From: Octopus vulgaris
Lineage: Eukaryota
NCBI GenBank assembly: GCA_951406725.2
Contig: OX597839.1
Location: 14,756,001-14,820,000 of the forward strand
DNA length: 64,000 nucleotides
Direction: 5' to 3'
A program made the position numbers and the translations under genes. The notes under the pieces are model-generated. The model had not been told where the DNA came from and did no database searches. It was given only the letters and a program-made list of their open reading frames with translations. This document shows, piece after piece, positions 28,701-42,909 of the stretch. How positions within the stretch are numbered: the first letter of the stretch is position 1; each line of letters begins with the position of its first letter.

Positions 28701-31366
28701 GAAACTGAATAGAAAAAAATTTACTCAATCATACTCAAAGTGACTGACAATAAGGCTTCAAACCTTGACACCTATTTATAATGTATCTATTTGTGTCAAT
28801 GTATCTGAGGCACTCATGTGTTTTACAGAAAATATATCACTTGAAGATGCCACCCACTTGAACAATAATACTGAAGTCAGTGTAAAAACCTCAACATTTA
28901 GTTATAGACTTAATATCATTTTAACTATTTACAAGTATGGGAGATAACTTTGAATATGTTTCGGTTTTATCCAACCTTCTCATCAATGTACAGATTTCAC
29001 CATATTTGCTGCTGAAGTAGTAGTGAGAGAATCACTAAATAAATGTACAATATTGTACTCTTGTTAGAATAGAGCATTAGAATATTTTACAGAACAAAGG
29101 AAATGCTTAAATAATTTCTCCACATTTTTTACAGCTGTTAATGAGGATTAGGTCTTGCTTTCCACAGCATTAAATTACTGAAAGACAAACTTTCTTTTTC
29201 TAGATATGATGGCATATTATCTAAGATGAAATCTGTGAACAAAGCATTGACTGTTCCCTTGCTTTTCGACAGATAAAAATAAATGGTAAACTTTGTCAAA
29301 GCAATTACTTCACAGACGCTTTAAGTACTTACAGCTAAAAGAAAATAATTGAGCAGGCAGCAGGGAATAACAGTTAAAAGATAAGTAGAAAAGTTAAACC
29401 AATCCAAACATTACATATTACTGAACAAACAACATACACAAATGTGATTAACATTCTCAGTTTTATATATATACACACACACATATATATACACGCAAAC
29501 ACAAAAATATACATACATACACACGCCCACACATGTAACTGTGTATAGAGACACATAAATGTGTACACATACTTGTGTGAGTATACACACACACACACAT
29601 CTTTTAACTCCTTAAGGTGATTACATAAGCTGATAGCAAATAAAAGGTAAGGTGGTTAAGTGTGAAATGTTCTTCAAAGTTTACCAGTTAGAAGTAAAAA
29701 AAGGGGCTTTGTAGGATCACACATAAAATTACAAAAAGTGGGCGAGGAGAAAATGGTAGGTGCCAACTGAGGTGGAAGAGGAGCAAAGGTCAGTAATCAT
29801 GTTCAAGCATTAGAGTAAATGTCACAGGCAATATTTAGTGTTTGTATTCTGGAATCACCCTTGATTTGTGTCACATGAAACATACACACACACACACACA
29901 GACACGCACACACATGCACACACACGTGAGTGTGCATGTTTGTATCTATATAAATGCATGTACATATAAATACACATACACATTTAAACTTTCTCAAAGA
30001 TGAAATGTCTCAGCATCATAACAGAAAATAATGATGATGATGGGGTGGTGGTGGTGATGGTGTGTTTGTAGTAATGATGATAAACATAATGACAGTTGTT
30101 GACAGAAATGACAAAAAGATGGAGACGTGGATGGTGCTGTTGATGTCTACTCTGATTGAGTAACACTGGAATCAAAGGCATTCCAGCTGTGGCCATCATG
30201 ACATTTTTGTTTTCAGTGTCATATTAAGACTACATTATTCAGTTTGTTATTCCAATTTTTAAGATGGTAGACTAAAGCTGGAGAGAGATTTGGTTACTAT
30301 TTCTGCCAGGGCATGCCAGCATGTAGGTGATACATTTGGCAGCGTTCATGATGCATGTAGCGATGATCATGGTCCTGAGTAAGTATTCAGTCGAGAGGAA
30401 TACATATATATTTAAGAATAGAGCATTTTAAATCATAAGAGATATCAGACAGCTTAAAATATAGTTTTAGATCATGAATGCTCAAAAAAATAAGGTGATT
30501 ATAATGATGAAGATTATGATGATGGTATGTGGTGATGTTGGTAGTGGTGATGATGATAATGATTCTATATGATACCAACACTTTGTTTTATGAATTTAAT
30601 TTTAAAAAATTTGTTTCCCACCCATGCTAGAACATTTTTAAAATGTTAATATCGTTATTTACACACATACGACCAGCTTTTCTTTAGCAGATCTGCAGGT
30701 AATACCATTCCAACCGCAATAATTTTGTCCTCAATCATTATGCATGTAGGACTACCTTATCTGATGTGTCTTGCTAACACTTATTTATAATTTGAAGGGA
30801 ATTAACTACTATTTCTAGCAGGTTGAGCAACCATATAGCAACTCCTGCATTGGTTGTATTATTGTATAATGTTTAAATACGTAAAAGAAGGGAAAAAAAT
30901 AATTATGGGTGATTTAATTTCTAAAGAATTAAAGAAAGACTTACCTAATCAGGGATCAACTATAAAGCATAACTAAGATGGGAGAAACAACTACAGCTCA
31001 TTTCTATATCAAATAGTTTAAATTTTTTTAAATTTTGTCAGAGTGTACAGGCTTGAGAGGCCAGAAACTGTCCTGATTTCTGAGGTATGAAAGCAACAGA
31101 GAGTTCAAGAATCCTCCTAAACAGTATGCTAGGTCACGTTAGGGTTAACTCACAGCTTCTTCTGGTACTCATTTTCAACAGAGTAAACTGAAACAATATG
31201 AAGTGCCTTGCTCAAGAAGACAATATAGTGCACAGTTCAGAACTGAGCACATAATCTAATGATTGTTAGACTAACCAATAAGCTAGGCACCTTCACATAT
31301 TAAACAGAAAATATAATATGTCGAGTGCAATAACTTTAAATAACCAAGACTATACACCTATAGAGA

Positions 31367-31620
31367 GTGGAGGCGCATGGCTTAGTGGTTAGGGTGTCAG
31401 CATCATGATCGTAAGATTGTGGTTTCAATACCTGGACCGGGCGACGTGTTATGTTCTTGAGCAAAACACTTCATTTCACGTTGCTCCAGTCCACTCAGCT
31501 GGCAAAAATGAGTAACGCTGTGATGGACTGACGTCCCGTCCAGCTGGGGAACACATACGCCATTGAAACCGGGCCCATGAGCCTGGCTAGGCTTTAGAAG
31601 GGCGCATCTATTTTTTTTTT
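31367..31620 (+). mobile_element. tRNA-derived SINE with V-domain-like core and TSD
   Basis: A-box TGGCTTAGTGG, B-box-like GGTTTCAATACC, core GATGGACTGACGTCCCGTCCAG; TSD TATACACCTATA at 31351 and 31621. Confidence 0.85.
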
Positions 31621-33800
31621 TATACACCTATATAGAAGGTGGTTGATTAGTAGATTTTTTAGAGCACTGGACAAATGCCTTGTAGTAACTGTTCCATTTC
31701 TTTCATTGAATTCTGAGTTCAAATTCTGTCAAGATCAACTTTGCCTTTCATCCTTAGCGGACAATAAACTAAAAGGCCAATCACATACAGAGTCAATTTT
31801 TCTTCTCTCTCTCTTCCCCTTCTCTCATTTTCTCTTGCAGAATCACCACCCAATGGAGGAGCTCTTAGTGACAGATGATAGGACTTTCATTATACACTGA
31901 AGCAAACCCTTCACTAAAGAGTGATAAAATACTAGTGAAGACTAATATTGTAGAACAATGCTTAAGCTAGACAAGCAAAGAAAAAGAAGACAACTGAAAA
32001 TGTAAAAGTTGATAAAATAAAATAAAATTGGAAAATAGGGTTAAATGGTGAGAAGAAATATCCACACAGTGTGATGCTTGATTAATTCAGTGAGATGGCT
32101 CTTATGAGATTAGTTATGAAGAGTGACAGTGGTTGCAATTCCAGAAAAAACAAAAAAGAACATTGGTCATGCTTTAATTCAGTTTTGTAGAAGCTATGAG
32201 TTAACAAAAACAACAAGAACATAAAAACTATGTGTACGTATGTTTGTGTGCTGCATTTAAGTTATTATGCAAGAGAGAGAGAAAGATGTAGAGCAAGAGA
32301 GACAGAGAGAAAGAAGAGAAATGAAATACATCATGTTCATCTTAGTCAATGCTTGTATCTTAGTCTACTGTTGTATATGTACACACAATAATGTAGGCAT
32401 ATGTACATGTTACTTTATTCATTAAGTCTGAGTAGTGAGAGTCACCTCTAAAATCGTTTCAGATACATCTAGACTATAGAGCAATGGATCACGAATTTCT
32501 TTAGTCCGTGGTATGCTTCAGTGCAAATAAAAATGCTTTGGTATATTTCTGATACAAAGTTTTTAAAAAAACTTGTAGCTTATACAGAGAAATAATTTAT
32601 ATTTTAGAAAATTATTAATTAATTACTTCAACATTTAATAAATGAAGCAAAGTTAAATTTTTTATTTAGAATCCAAGCTTGTACTTAGCAATTTTTAAAG
32701 ATTTTATTTCATTTTAAAATTTTTTGGCAGTGCACTTAGTTGCATCTCACCACAGAACAGTATCACAATACAATGTTTGGGTCCCGGTGCTGTAGCATAT
32801 CATAATAACTTGATGTTACTGTGTCAATGTGCTCATCTGCAATTATTCCTCTGTTCTGATATTTTCTTTTTACTGCCTGTGTATGTGTGGAGGGGCTAGC
32901 ACATACATTTTATCAAAGTATATTAAAGAATAAAGAAAAATGCGTAGACACACATTTACTCATTTCTTATGCTACTAATGCATTTAGATACGATTAAATC
33001 TATGTCTAAGCATACCAGTCATTTAACTAAAATTATTAAAGAAAATTACCCTAAAGAAAATTTAGCCAATAACAAATACACTGATACTGTTTAGCCTGAA
33101 GTAACAGCTAGTAAGTAAACCTCCAGTTATGACCATCTCTTTTGATTGCTCAACAGAGATTAAATAGTTCAATGTTAATTGCATGTGTGTGATTCTTAAG
33201 GGATTTGGTTGCTATTTCTTGTAGGCCAAGCAACTGCATAGAGGCTTCCTTTTACAACATATATGTTGTTACTGTTTAGCTTCCTCTAGCAGGCCTATAA
33301 TCAAAGGGATATTTTAGCCATAACCATCCCAGATTTTTAAGGGTATCTAGTAAACCAAAGAACTACGTTATTTAGTTTGTCCTCACAGTAGGGGAGGATT
33401 ACAAAGAGATTTGCTGCTATTTATAGGAGGTTGAGAGATCTTATAGACCCCTTACATAATCAAATGTTGAATTTGGAAAGTCTTAGATATTTTTTATTGC
33501 TTTCTTTCAAGATCTTACATCTTTTTTGTCCTAATTCTGTAGCTTACCAATATATTTAGCAGCTTAAATATTTGGAAACATAAGCAAGACTACCAAAAAA
33601 GTTATGTAGTCATATATTCTGTACTTGAAACTTCCACTTTTTGATGACTATAAACGACATGTTCACATATGCCTAAAACATATACGCATACATATATGAG
33701 CCTGGTTGTATGTGTGAGTACGTGTGTGTGTGTGAGTATGTGTGAGCGTGTGTATGTGTGTGTGCATTTGTATGTATGGCTATGAGTGTATATCTATGAG

Positions 33801-33846
<46 letters not shown>

Positions 33847-34830
33847 TTATAGCTGTACATAATAACATACATACACATAAACATATAAACATGAGTGCAT
33901 ATATAAGTATACATGAATGCATATATGTATTTATGTATGCAAGAATGTATGTATATAAAAGTATAAATAAAGACTAGTACAATAATTATAAAGAAATTAT
34001 TAGCATTTGCTACTATTTAAACCTCAGAATTTCTAAATCACTGTTCAACTCTTTTTTATAATACATTAATGCTAGACATATATATCAGAAAATTACATAA
34101 CAATAATTATCCTATAATTAAATACAATTACCCTATAGTTAAACAAGTAAATATTATTTAGCGGAAAGTAGATCTAAAGACATAATTAACATTTAGCTGT
34201 ATTTCATTATGGTACTCTGCATAGAAGACAGACCTTTGCAGCAGAGAAAATATTAGAAATGGTAACTCACAAGGTAAAGTTATTACTTCAACAGAGAAAT
34301 TGATGTATCTAGTAACGACACTAAGCCTATAGCAAAGTGCAGAATCTAAGGAATCTCCTGAGGGTGCGTGTTCACAGCAATTAACTAAAAGATGCCTTTA
34401 TGTAATGTTGATAAGTTCAATTGGCATGATGAGTGAAAAACAACTACCAGGCTAAAAATTCCTCTTCATCTTTCTCTTTGTAGAAGAGGAAATGCCTAAA
34501 ATGTTCAGCTTTTTTTATTCCTCACTATAAATGAAATCATTGACATTTTGTAACTCTGGTTGTTGGTTTTTGTTTTCTTTAAGTCTACATGTTCTTGGTA
34601 AGAATCTTTCTTTAACAATATGCTTTAAGATAACACTCAAGATTTTGTTTGCTAGCATATGTGATTATGAGATATCTAGAACTTTAAAAGCATACCTAAG
34701 GTTTCATATACATTACTTGGCTTAAATGTGTATTTCAATCATTCTAAGCAAGACAGGTTCTATGATACCAGTGGGTGTATGTTTGGTTTTAAATCTGGGA
34801 TTTTATGCATACCTCCCCCATATATGTATG

Positions 34831-34876
<46 letters not shown>

Positions 34877-34929
34877 AGTGTGTGTGTGTGTATATAGGTA
34901 GATACATAAGAAAGTAAAAGATTCTATAC

Positions 34930-35078
34930 CTCCAAGCGAGTTGAAACTAAAATTTTCTGCGGACACAGTAAAGTTTCCAAGTCGACCTCTTGAAAGTTCT
35001 GAATAGAGTATGTTTTTGATTTCTTTTGCATTAGTGAGTTCACTTGTGCCTAAATCCATGGAAACGTAGGCATCTTGA
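34930..35078 (-). CDS. HSPG2: Perlecan-like gene exon: C-terminal half of SEA domain (QDAYVSMDLGTSELTNAKEIKNILYSELSRGRLGNFTVSAENFSFNSLG)
   Basis: TATTTCAG acceptor, GTATAG donor, 149 nt, phase 2-1; the ending resembles the perlecan SEA C-terminus. Confidence 0.88.
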
Positions 35079-35379
35079 CTGAAATATGGAAACAAAGCAA
35101 AGGAAATTATCAAGCTAGTTTCAATAGCATTTAATGAAAACAATGAAAAACTGTGCAAACAACAGTAATTATTTAGAATAAACTAATATAAAATGCTGTA
35201 AGTCTTTTTTTCTAACTGAGTTGTCCCCATTGTCAGTTCTATATCCTCAGTTTTCAGTGGTGCTGCTTGGGATGACCAGGTTTTACAATACAGCATCTTC
35301 CTACATATCTTTGCTCTTATATCTTGCAGATGCATTTTTTTAACTTGCTGAGCCAAGAGAAGGGGTAGTGTGTATGGCA

Positions 35380-36370
35380 TTTGTAGGCTCCCTAAGACCA
35401 GTGAGATTCATTCCTTTAATGTTGTTCTGAACTGCTATAAGTCAAAACCAGTAGGAAAGATATGAACAAAGAGAAGATTTCAGAGACAGCATGTCTGTAG
35501 ACTAGAGGCTGGAAATTGTCTGTTAATGATTTAATGCTAATCAGTTGAATGACTCTTCTCGAGATGAAGTTCAAGATAGTTATGTGCATAACAGCACCAT
35601 CCCAAATATGAGAACAGTACCACTTGTGGGCTTCAGTTGAGTCTTGTAAAATATGAGCAACCATTGGGAGTTGAAATATTTGTTGACCCATGAAGTGAAA
35701 AGCCAGTTCTTGAGATGCAATCCTAGATATGTTAAGAATGTGCTTTCACCTGGAGAAAGCCTCAATAATAGTGAAACCAGTATTTGAAGTGACCAAGAGA
35801 GCTCCAGCTGAATACCACGCATATTTAACAGGTGTTTTCTTGACCATGAGTAGTGTTTGAGTCTTTTTGCTGTAAAGGCACAAGGTTTTCACTGATGCTC
35901 TCAATGTCTCCATTCATGAAATCAACATAGATTTGGCATGTGGTGTTTAGATTGTGTATAATGATACATATTTGTGGGAGGTTAGGAAGCAATGAAGGAT
36001 CATATCCTCTATACAAGTATGAGCACTTTGGATAAAGTAGACTACTATGTATAGAAGGAAGAGAATGAAAGACAAAATCAAACCCTGGGGAACATCAGAG
36101 TTGATTCAGACAGGGTCAGAAAGAGCACCATCAATACAACCTGGAATGGTGCAATCTGATAGTAAGCGACTAATCCAAGAAATGAGAGATGGGTTGAGCC
36201 CATAGGCAGGAGGTTTTGATAGGAGATTCACATGCCAGACATGATCTTTGTTGTTGATGTCTATGGCAACAACATTGTTTTCATTAAGCTTCTCTAAAGT
36301 GGAAGCCAGTCAGTGAATGATGTAAGAGAGTAGATCTCCAGTGGACCTGGATCAGTGGAAACCATACTTC
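35380..36370 (-). mobile_element. Decayed LINE reverse transcriptase remnant (CR1/Jockey group)
   Basis: Broken fragments INSDVPQGLIL (GVPQGS-like), LIFYKTQLKPT and YCSHIWDGA in different frames. Confidence 0.7.
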
Positions 36371-38136
36371 AAATAATGAATACACACACACCTCCTCACA
36401 TATATATAAACTGTTCAGCGTAATCTAGAAGATTGATATTATGAAATTTACACAGCTTCTTAGTTGCTTAAGTTTATTCCTCTCTCCTGTCAGCTGAACT
36501 ATAGCCATACATTTACATGTAACTCATAGCTATAAATACCAAGTAAATATAACCTGGTAGCAAGTACAATGCTTTTGCTAATTGTTTTAGACATATATAT
36601 AGTTGCATGCAAACGTAGACACTCTCTCAGCCCTCCCACCATTTGACCCAGTGCAACACCCATATCTTTCCTACTGAAGTAGAGCACTGCACCAGCACTC
36701 AGCTGATACTCAATTTCAGCTGAGCAGAATGCAGTAATGTGAAAGGAGACACTGTGCCACTCAGTTTAGAAATCAAACCTACAACTTTGGGATCATGAGA
36801 CCAACATTGTAACCACTAGACTACATGCCTTCACACACACACACATGAAAGGCAAATATCAAAGCCCAAATGTTGCGAAAAATCATTAACAAATCCTTCT
36901 TTGTTTAATTATACTATGTTGTTTTTAAGATACTGAAAATATGAAATGCTCTTGGTTCCCATTGAAATAGCAGCAGTTCATGTGAGAAACCACTACTTAT
37001 GCAAAGACAACCATGATCAATTATGATATCTAGCTTCACCTTGGTTTTTCAATATATTCAACCATGGAGTCCCTCCAGCTTGTTCACTAAGGACTAAGGA
37101 GAAGGCTGTTGATGTTTAGCCCTAATTGGGTAAAGTGTTCCAGTAAATGGTCATTCTGTCCTTTTTTCAGGTAGTCCATATCTAGAACTATAATATCTAA
37201 AGAGCCCTTCTCTTTTTCAAGATGAACAGAGGTAAATTTGGCTGTCATTTCTCATAAAACAAGTGACTTCAGAGAGTCTGTGTTGTTAGCTCAAGCACCC
37301 TCAAAGAGCTGGTACTGATTGGGCAAATCTGTTAATAAATGTCCATCATCATATTAACCATTAGTGAAAGCTTGTAGTTTAAATGGAATCACAACATACA
37401 GTGGGCCAAACTCTGCTGCCAAGAGGTGAGTTGAATCCTAAACAAAAGGGACAAAATTTCAAATTTCCATTAGTTGCACACCCATATTTTTGTACATTAG
37501 TTTCATGCTATTAAGACATTATTTATGATGTTGCTTAGCCCTAGGGCAACCAATCAAATCAGTAGTTAAATTTATTCCAGCCAAGAATTGTTGGGGTATG
37601 TCTAGGACTTGACAACCTAATGTATTTAAGATGGTAGGATGTGATTTGAGAGAAATTTTTATTGCCATGAAATTGGGACTCACCAAAGTTAATGGGGGAC
37701 AGAAATTCCTGGTACAGCGGTGTGAAATGCATCTCAGTTGCAGTCATTTGATGTATATATGTATTGACCCTTTAAACCTGCTTTATCATGTTGATATGAA
37801 TTACAGAGGACTTTTTGAGGCAGTGTTTTAGAGCCAGATGCCCTTTTCTGACACAAACTGTTTAAGATTTCCCTTATGAATTGTAGTGATAAAAACCTTC
37901 TAGGATACACTCACACACACATATATTATATATAATCTACCAATATTTTATCCTCCCGCCGAAAATGTACACGATAAGAAGCTGTCTCTGATGTCTTTTG
38001 CAGAACAAACAATTAATAACCTCAATTCTTCAATGATGAAGCTATTAAAAATCAAAACAACAGTTATTTGATTGAGATGAGAAGGAAGAGAGAAAAGAAG
38101 AAAACAAGAAGAGAGAGAGATGGAAAAAATCCTTAC

Positions 38137-38302
38137 TTAGAGACTGTATAGCCGATAATGCTGGCACGAACTTTCTTGTTGTAGAGCTGAGATACAAATC
38201 CTTGGATCTGTTCTGAAATCCGACGGTAGTGTTGGCTAGATGTATTTTCTAATCCACGTAAATCCCTAAGGTATAGTAGTTTGAATGTTATCCGGTAAAA
38301 AT
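38137..38302 (-). CDS. HSPG2: Perlecan-like gene exon: N-terminal half of SEA domain (DFYRITFKLLYLRDLRGLENTSSQHYRRISEQIQGFVSQLYNKKVRASIIGYTVS)
   Basis: TTTCTTTTCAG acceptor, GTAAGG donor, 166 nt, phase 1-2; SEA-like L-x-N-x-x-S-x-x-Y pattern. Not in the ORF track. Confidence 0.88.
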
Positions 38303-39291
38303 CTGAAAAGAAAGAAAAAGTTGGTGAGTGTAATTTAAGTCCAGAGTTGAAGAAAATTTCAGTTTATTTCATTTTTGTTACCTTTTATTTATTTTTTTTT
38401 CTGTATCTGATATTCAGTCTTTAGCTATAACTTTTACTGTAAAGTAAATGTAATAATGTACAGAAACCCTTGAAGGGGACATGAACCTAACATAATGTAA
38501 CCAATTTTTTCCCTAAGCATGAAAATAAAGAGTCAAAAACTATTGAGAGGTTGCAAGAAACAAAGAAAATTTTAGGAAAGGAAAATAATAAAAGAGTAGA
38601 AATTGAACTGATGAGTGTGTTAATTAATAAGGCATTCAAACAGAATGACTATCCCCAGACACACAAAAATAAAAAATTTGTTTCAACACATGAATTTACA
38701 TAAAGAATCTTGCAAACCAAATACAAAAGCGAAATGAAAATTAAATTAAATTAATTCTTAATTTCTCTCTCTTTTTCTTTGAGAATCAAAGTTTTTGCTT
38801 TTTCACACTATTAAGTAAATTTCAGTTCATTGAGAATTTTAGGGGCATGTAATTCAGCTCCTTACATCAACTTGAATTATATAGTATCATTTTGCCTCTT
38901 CAATACATTTTATAAATTGAGCCTATGTTAGACTTTCCTTTCATAAAGTGATTTGCATCCATTGATTTGCAACTACTAATCTCTGATTTCCATTATATTA
39001 AGCAGATGAGAAACAAGTTATTTGGGTTTTAAACTCATCACACATAGGTTCCTACAACCAACAATTACATTAACAATATGCAAAAAATGTTATTAGTTTT
39101 TGTTTTGTTTTTTCAGCCTATATTTTTTTCTGCCTTGAACAGTTTAGTAGAAGAAATCAATACCAGAACTTACTTTTACTTTTTTCCCCTTTTAAGCTGG
39201 GTATATATCCTTTCGGTCTGCTTTGCCAAATCTCTAATTTAGGAGGGGGAGGAGAGGCATAAATAAAACCAATACCAGTTGTCAAAAAGTA

Positions 39292-39525
39292 GTTATTTCT
39301 TTACTACCCACAAGGGGCTAAATGCAGAGGGGACAAACAAGGACAGACAAACGGATTAAGTCGATTAGATCGACCCCAGTGCATAACTCGTACTTAATTT
39401 ATCAACCCCGAAAGGATGAAAGGCAAAGTCGACCTTGGCGGAATTTGAACTCAGAACGTAATGGCAGAGGAAATACCGATAAGCATTTCGCTCGGCGTGC
39501 TAACGTTTCTGCCAGCTCACCACCT
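39292..39525 (-). mobile_element. tRNA-derived SINE (same family as 25348-25577), nested in an older SINE
   Basis: Near-identical to the 25348 copy; imperfect TSD TCAAAAAGTAGT / TCAAACAGTAGT; flanks 39150-39290 and 39530-39720 are halves of an older SINE. Confidence 0.85.
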
Positions 39526-39921
39526 TTATCAAACAGTAGTAGGAGACAAACACAGTTTCACACACACACACGACAAACTTCTTACAGTTTCCACCTATAA
39601 GTCTACTCACAAGACTTTGGTTAGCCAGGAGCTAGAGTAGAAGACACTTGCTCAACATGCAATGCAATGGGATTGAACCCAAAACTACATGATTGGGAGG
39701 TAAGCTTCTATCCACACAGCCACATGTAAGAAATATGTTTGATGTAAAAATTGAAATTTTCTTATATTGTCAATAACTATAACCACCACCAAATATTATG
39801 ATTTCCTGTATCCAATAACGTTATATATATGGAATATCTGGGGCTCATCCAGTCCTTTTTTCTTTCCAGCATAAATACATGTGAAGCATCAAGGATAATT
39901 AACAATAAGTAATATATGATT

Positions 39922-40230
39922 AGGTGGAGGTGCAATGGCCCAGTGGTTAGGGCAGCGGACTCGCGGTCGGAGGATCGCGGTTTCAATTCCCAGCCCAGGC
40001 GTTGTGTGTGTTTATTGAGCAAAAACACCTAAAGCTCCACGAGGCTCTGGCAGCGGGTGGTGGCGACCCCTGTTGTACTCTTTCGCCCCAACTTTCTCTC
40101 ACTCTTTCTTCCTGTTTCTTGAGTAACGCTGTGATGGACTGACATCCCGTCCAGCTGGGGGGAACACATACGCCACAGAACCGGGCCCATGAGCCTGGTT
40201 AGGCTTGAAAAGGGCACATAAAAAAAAAAT
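39922..40230 (+). mobile_element. tRNA-derived SINE with V-domain-like core, poly(A) and TSD
   Basis: TGGCCCAGTGGTTAGG A-box and GGTTTCAATTCCC B-box-like; 3' half as in the 31367 copy; TATATGATTAGG on both sides. Confidence 0.85.
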
Positions 40231-40355
40231 ATTTATATGATTAGGAAATTTAAAAGAAGTATTGTGAATATTTTTTCCAATGCTACTTTTGAAAGGGTCT
40301 ACACCTGTTTAGAAAACCATAAAACACAGTTAATAGTTACATTATAGAATCTTAC

Positions 40356-40500
40356 CTGGATAATGGCCATTTAGATCATTTCCATCACCACTATTTTCAT
40401 CACCAGAGCCATCAACGTCATCTTCATCATCTACAAAAGTTCTTGATCTAGCATCACTCATTAAAAAGGGATCATGATCATCAAATTCAAAGTCTTTGTC
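40356..40500 (-). CDS. HSPG2: Perlecan-like gene exon: acidic glycosaminoglycan-attachment region (DKDFEFDDHDPFLMSDARSRTFVDDEDDVDGSGDENSGDGNDLNGHYP)
   Basis: TTTTATCCAG acceptor, GTAAGA donor, 145 nt, phase 0-1; two SGD motifs after an acidic cluster and immediately before SEA, as in perlecan domain I. Confidence 0.88.
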
Positions 40501-40602
40501 CTGGATAAAATAAAGAAAATAAATGAAGCAATTAATAAAAGACATAAAATTACGTACATATGTAATTATATATATATATAGTTATGTCATACTTATAATA
40601 CT

Positions 40603-40964
40603 GCTGTACTCTTTCACCACAACTTTCTCTCACTCTTTCTTCCTGTTTCTGTTGTACCTGTATTTCAAAGGGCCAGCCTTGTCACACTCTGTGTCACGCT
40701 GAATCTCCCCGAGATCTACGTTAAAGGTACATGTGTCTGTGAAATGCTCGGCCACTTGCACATTAATAAATGAGCTGTGATGTCACAGGTGCCAAGCTGT
40801 ATCGGCCTTTGCCTTTCCCTTGGGTAACATTGGTGGCGTGGAGAGGGAAGGTTGGTATGCATGGGCGACTGCTGGTCTTCCATAAACAACCTTGCCCAGA
40901 TTTGTGCCTTGGAGGGTAACTTTTGAGGTGCAATTCCATGGTCATTCATGACCAAAGGGGGTCA
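40603..40964 (+). mobile_element. 5'-truncated SINE with Deu/Nin-like central domain
   Basis: Shares TGTACTCTTTC..CAACTTTCTCTCACTCTTTCTTCCTGTTTCT with the 39922 SINE, then diverges into CACACTCTGTGTCACGCTGAATCTCCC...; domain name is recalled, not searched. Confidence 0.55.
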
Positions 40965-42909
40965 CAACAATAGTGAAAAAATAATCTAATTAATTAATAA
41001 TTATCTATGCAATGAATAGAGAAAAAACATTAGCTCAATAGCTAATATTTTAATTTGATCTTATCAAGTAAGGGCAACAACTCCAGCAATATTCCGGGGT
41101 CTTTAGACCTCGTCAACCCTTTGTGTAAATGATAAGTTAGTGATAAGAAAATCAGAGATTTGTTATTGCTTATATATATGTATATATATATATATATCTG
41201 TGTGTGTCTTTGTCCCCAATGTTTGTCTTTGATGCAAGGATGTCTGAAACATCAGTACTAGCTTCTTACAAGGGCGATTTTAGTGATATAAAAGAAATTA
41301 TAGAAATTCATATATATAAGTCTCCCGTAGGGAGTCATTCTTTGAGGATCATAGAAGTTCTAGCAATCATGCCATTAGCGTTTTCTGGTGACTCAAAGAT
41401 TTTTAGACAGGAACACCAGTGTTCCTTGGTGTGATGCATAGTTGAGGAAATGTATACAGCTTCTTCTATTTGAGTCATCTTTACTGCTATATTGTCCATT
41501 TACTTTTGCAACTTGTAAAGCAGTTTTATAATTAATTACGGCTAAAAAAGAAAATTTAAGCTCCATACTTATGAAGTTATATAATAGTATTTATATGTAG
41601 ATGTCAAATATTATGGTATGTGCGTATGTATGTATGGATGAAGGTGGGATTATAATTGAAGGAGAGTTATTTAAGACCACTAGCAGAGGGGTTATACAAA
41701 GTGAAAGTTTTTAAAAATAAAGGTAATAATTAAAAGGCAACTTTTAAACCGCGAAAATTACTATGGAATACTCCAGCCGTAAAATTCGAAAGAAAACAGA
41801 AACAGAAGATAGATTACAAATCCAAAAAAACACCAGAAATGTCATTGGGTTCTCCAAAGAAACAAACAATGGTGCTTCTAATACATAGTTATATGCTCAA
41901 CAAGGATAATATTGGGTACTTCTTAGATACAGATGTCCCGACGCATTTACGTAACCCTAACGAGTGTGCACTGTAAAAACATATTGTTATGTAGATGCAT
42001 CGGGACCACTGTATTCAAATAGTGCCTAATATTGTTTGATGCAATGTCGTAAGGACTTCGCCATTATAGACAATGAAACAAGAAATCCGGAAACATCATT
42101 TCTAGGATAAAACAGTTAGTATCCTTTTTAATCCTTTGCATGAAGTCCATACATCATATATGATACACATTCCTAGATTTTTTCAGCCATCAGAATAACT
42201 TAAGACTTACAAAAAGTAAGTTTTATATTACTCACAACGTATGAAACCGGAGTTAATAAATGTCTGAAAACAAATATGGACTCCTCGGACAAACTCACGA
42301 AAACGTTTTGGACAGATACTGAGTTAAATATATATATTTTACACAACTCCGTATGTTATTCTTAGAAAAAAATTGTTAAATATACACACAAGATAGATTG
42401 GCAGACTCTTACATCTTCTGGTTCTTTACGTTCTGAGTTTAAATCTTGCCGCGATCAACTTAACATCGGTTGGTAAAACAGGTACTAATCAAGTACTGGG
42501 TTGCTAAATTTGACTGCCCCTTCCTTTCGAATTTCTATTCTCTTGTGTGTGTAATAAATAATTAGGCGATCTTACGAACCGTAAGATCACCAATAATTAA
42601 TAAATGTACATATCTGAAGCATTATTGCTTGTTATCCAATCGTTTATTTATTATTTATTTTTTTAAAGAATTTATATACAGAATCACCGATATGTGACTA
42701 AAGGGCATTCCGTCTTTTATTTAAACATAAGACGACATTATTCAAAGTACCCTTCCTTCTTTTAAGACAGTATGACAGGATTTGAGAGATTTTTAGCTAC
42801 TATTTCTAGCAGGTCGAGTGACCGTTTAGAAGCTTCCTCAGTTGATTCAGGAGATTACGTTGCTCAATCATCATTTGGTGTCGCATAGTTGAATTTACAA
42901 TTAACTGCA

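Noticed and set aside
29333-29334. Minus-strand TTTTCTTTTAG-CT-GTAAGT as a 2-nt microexon
   Set aside because: Breaks frame alone. It would need the weak-donor 34-nt candidate at 29733-29766 to restore frame, which is unsupported without reads.
42236-42263. 28-nt AG/GT-bounded segment (HLLTPVSYV) as a perlecan 5' exon
   Set aside because: No ATG, and its start phase does not fit the 47897 candidate; cannot be supported.
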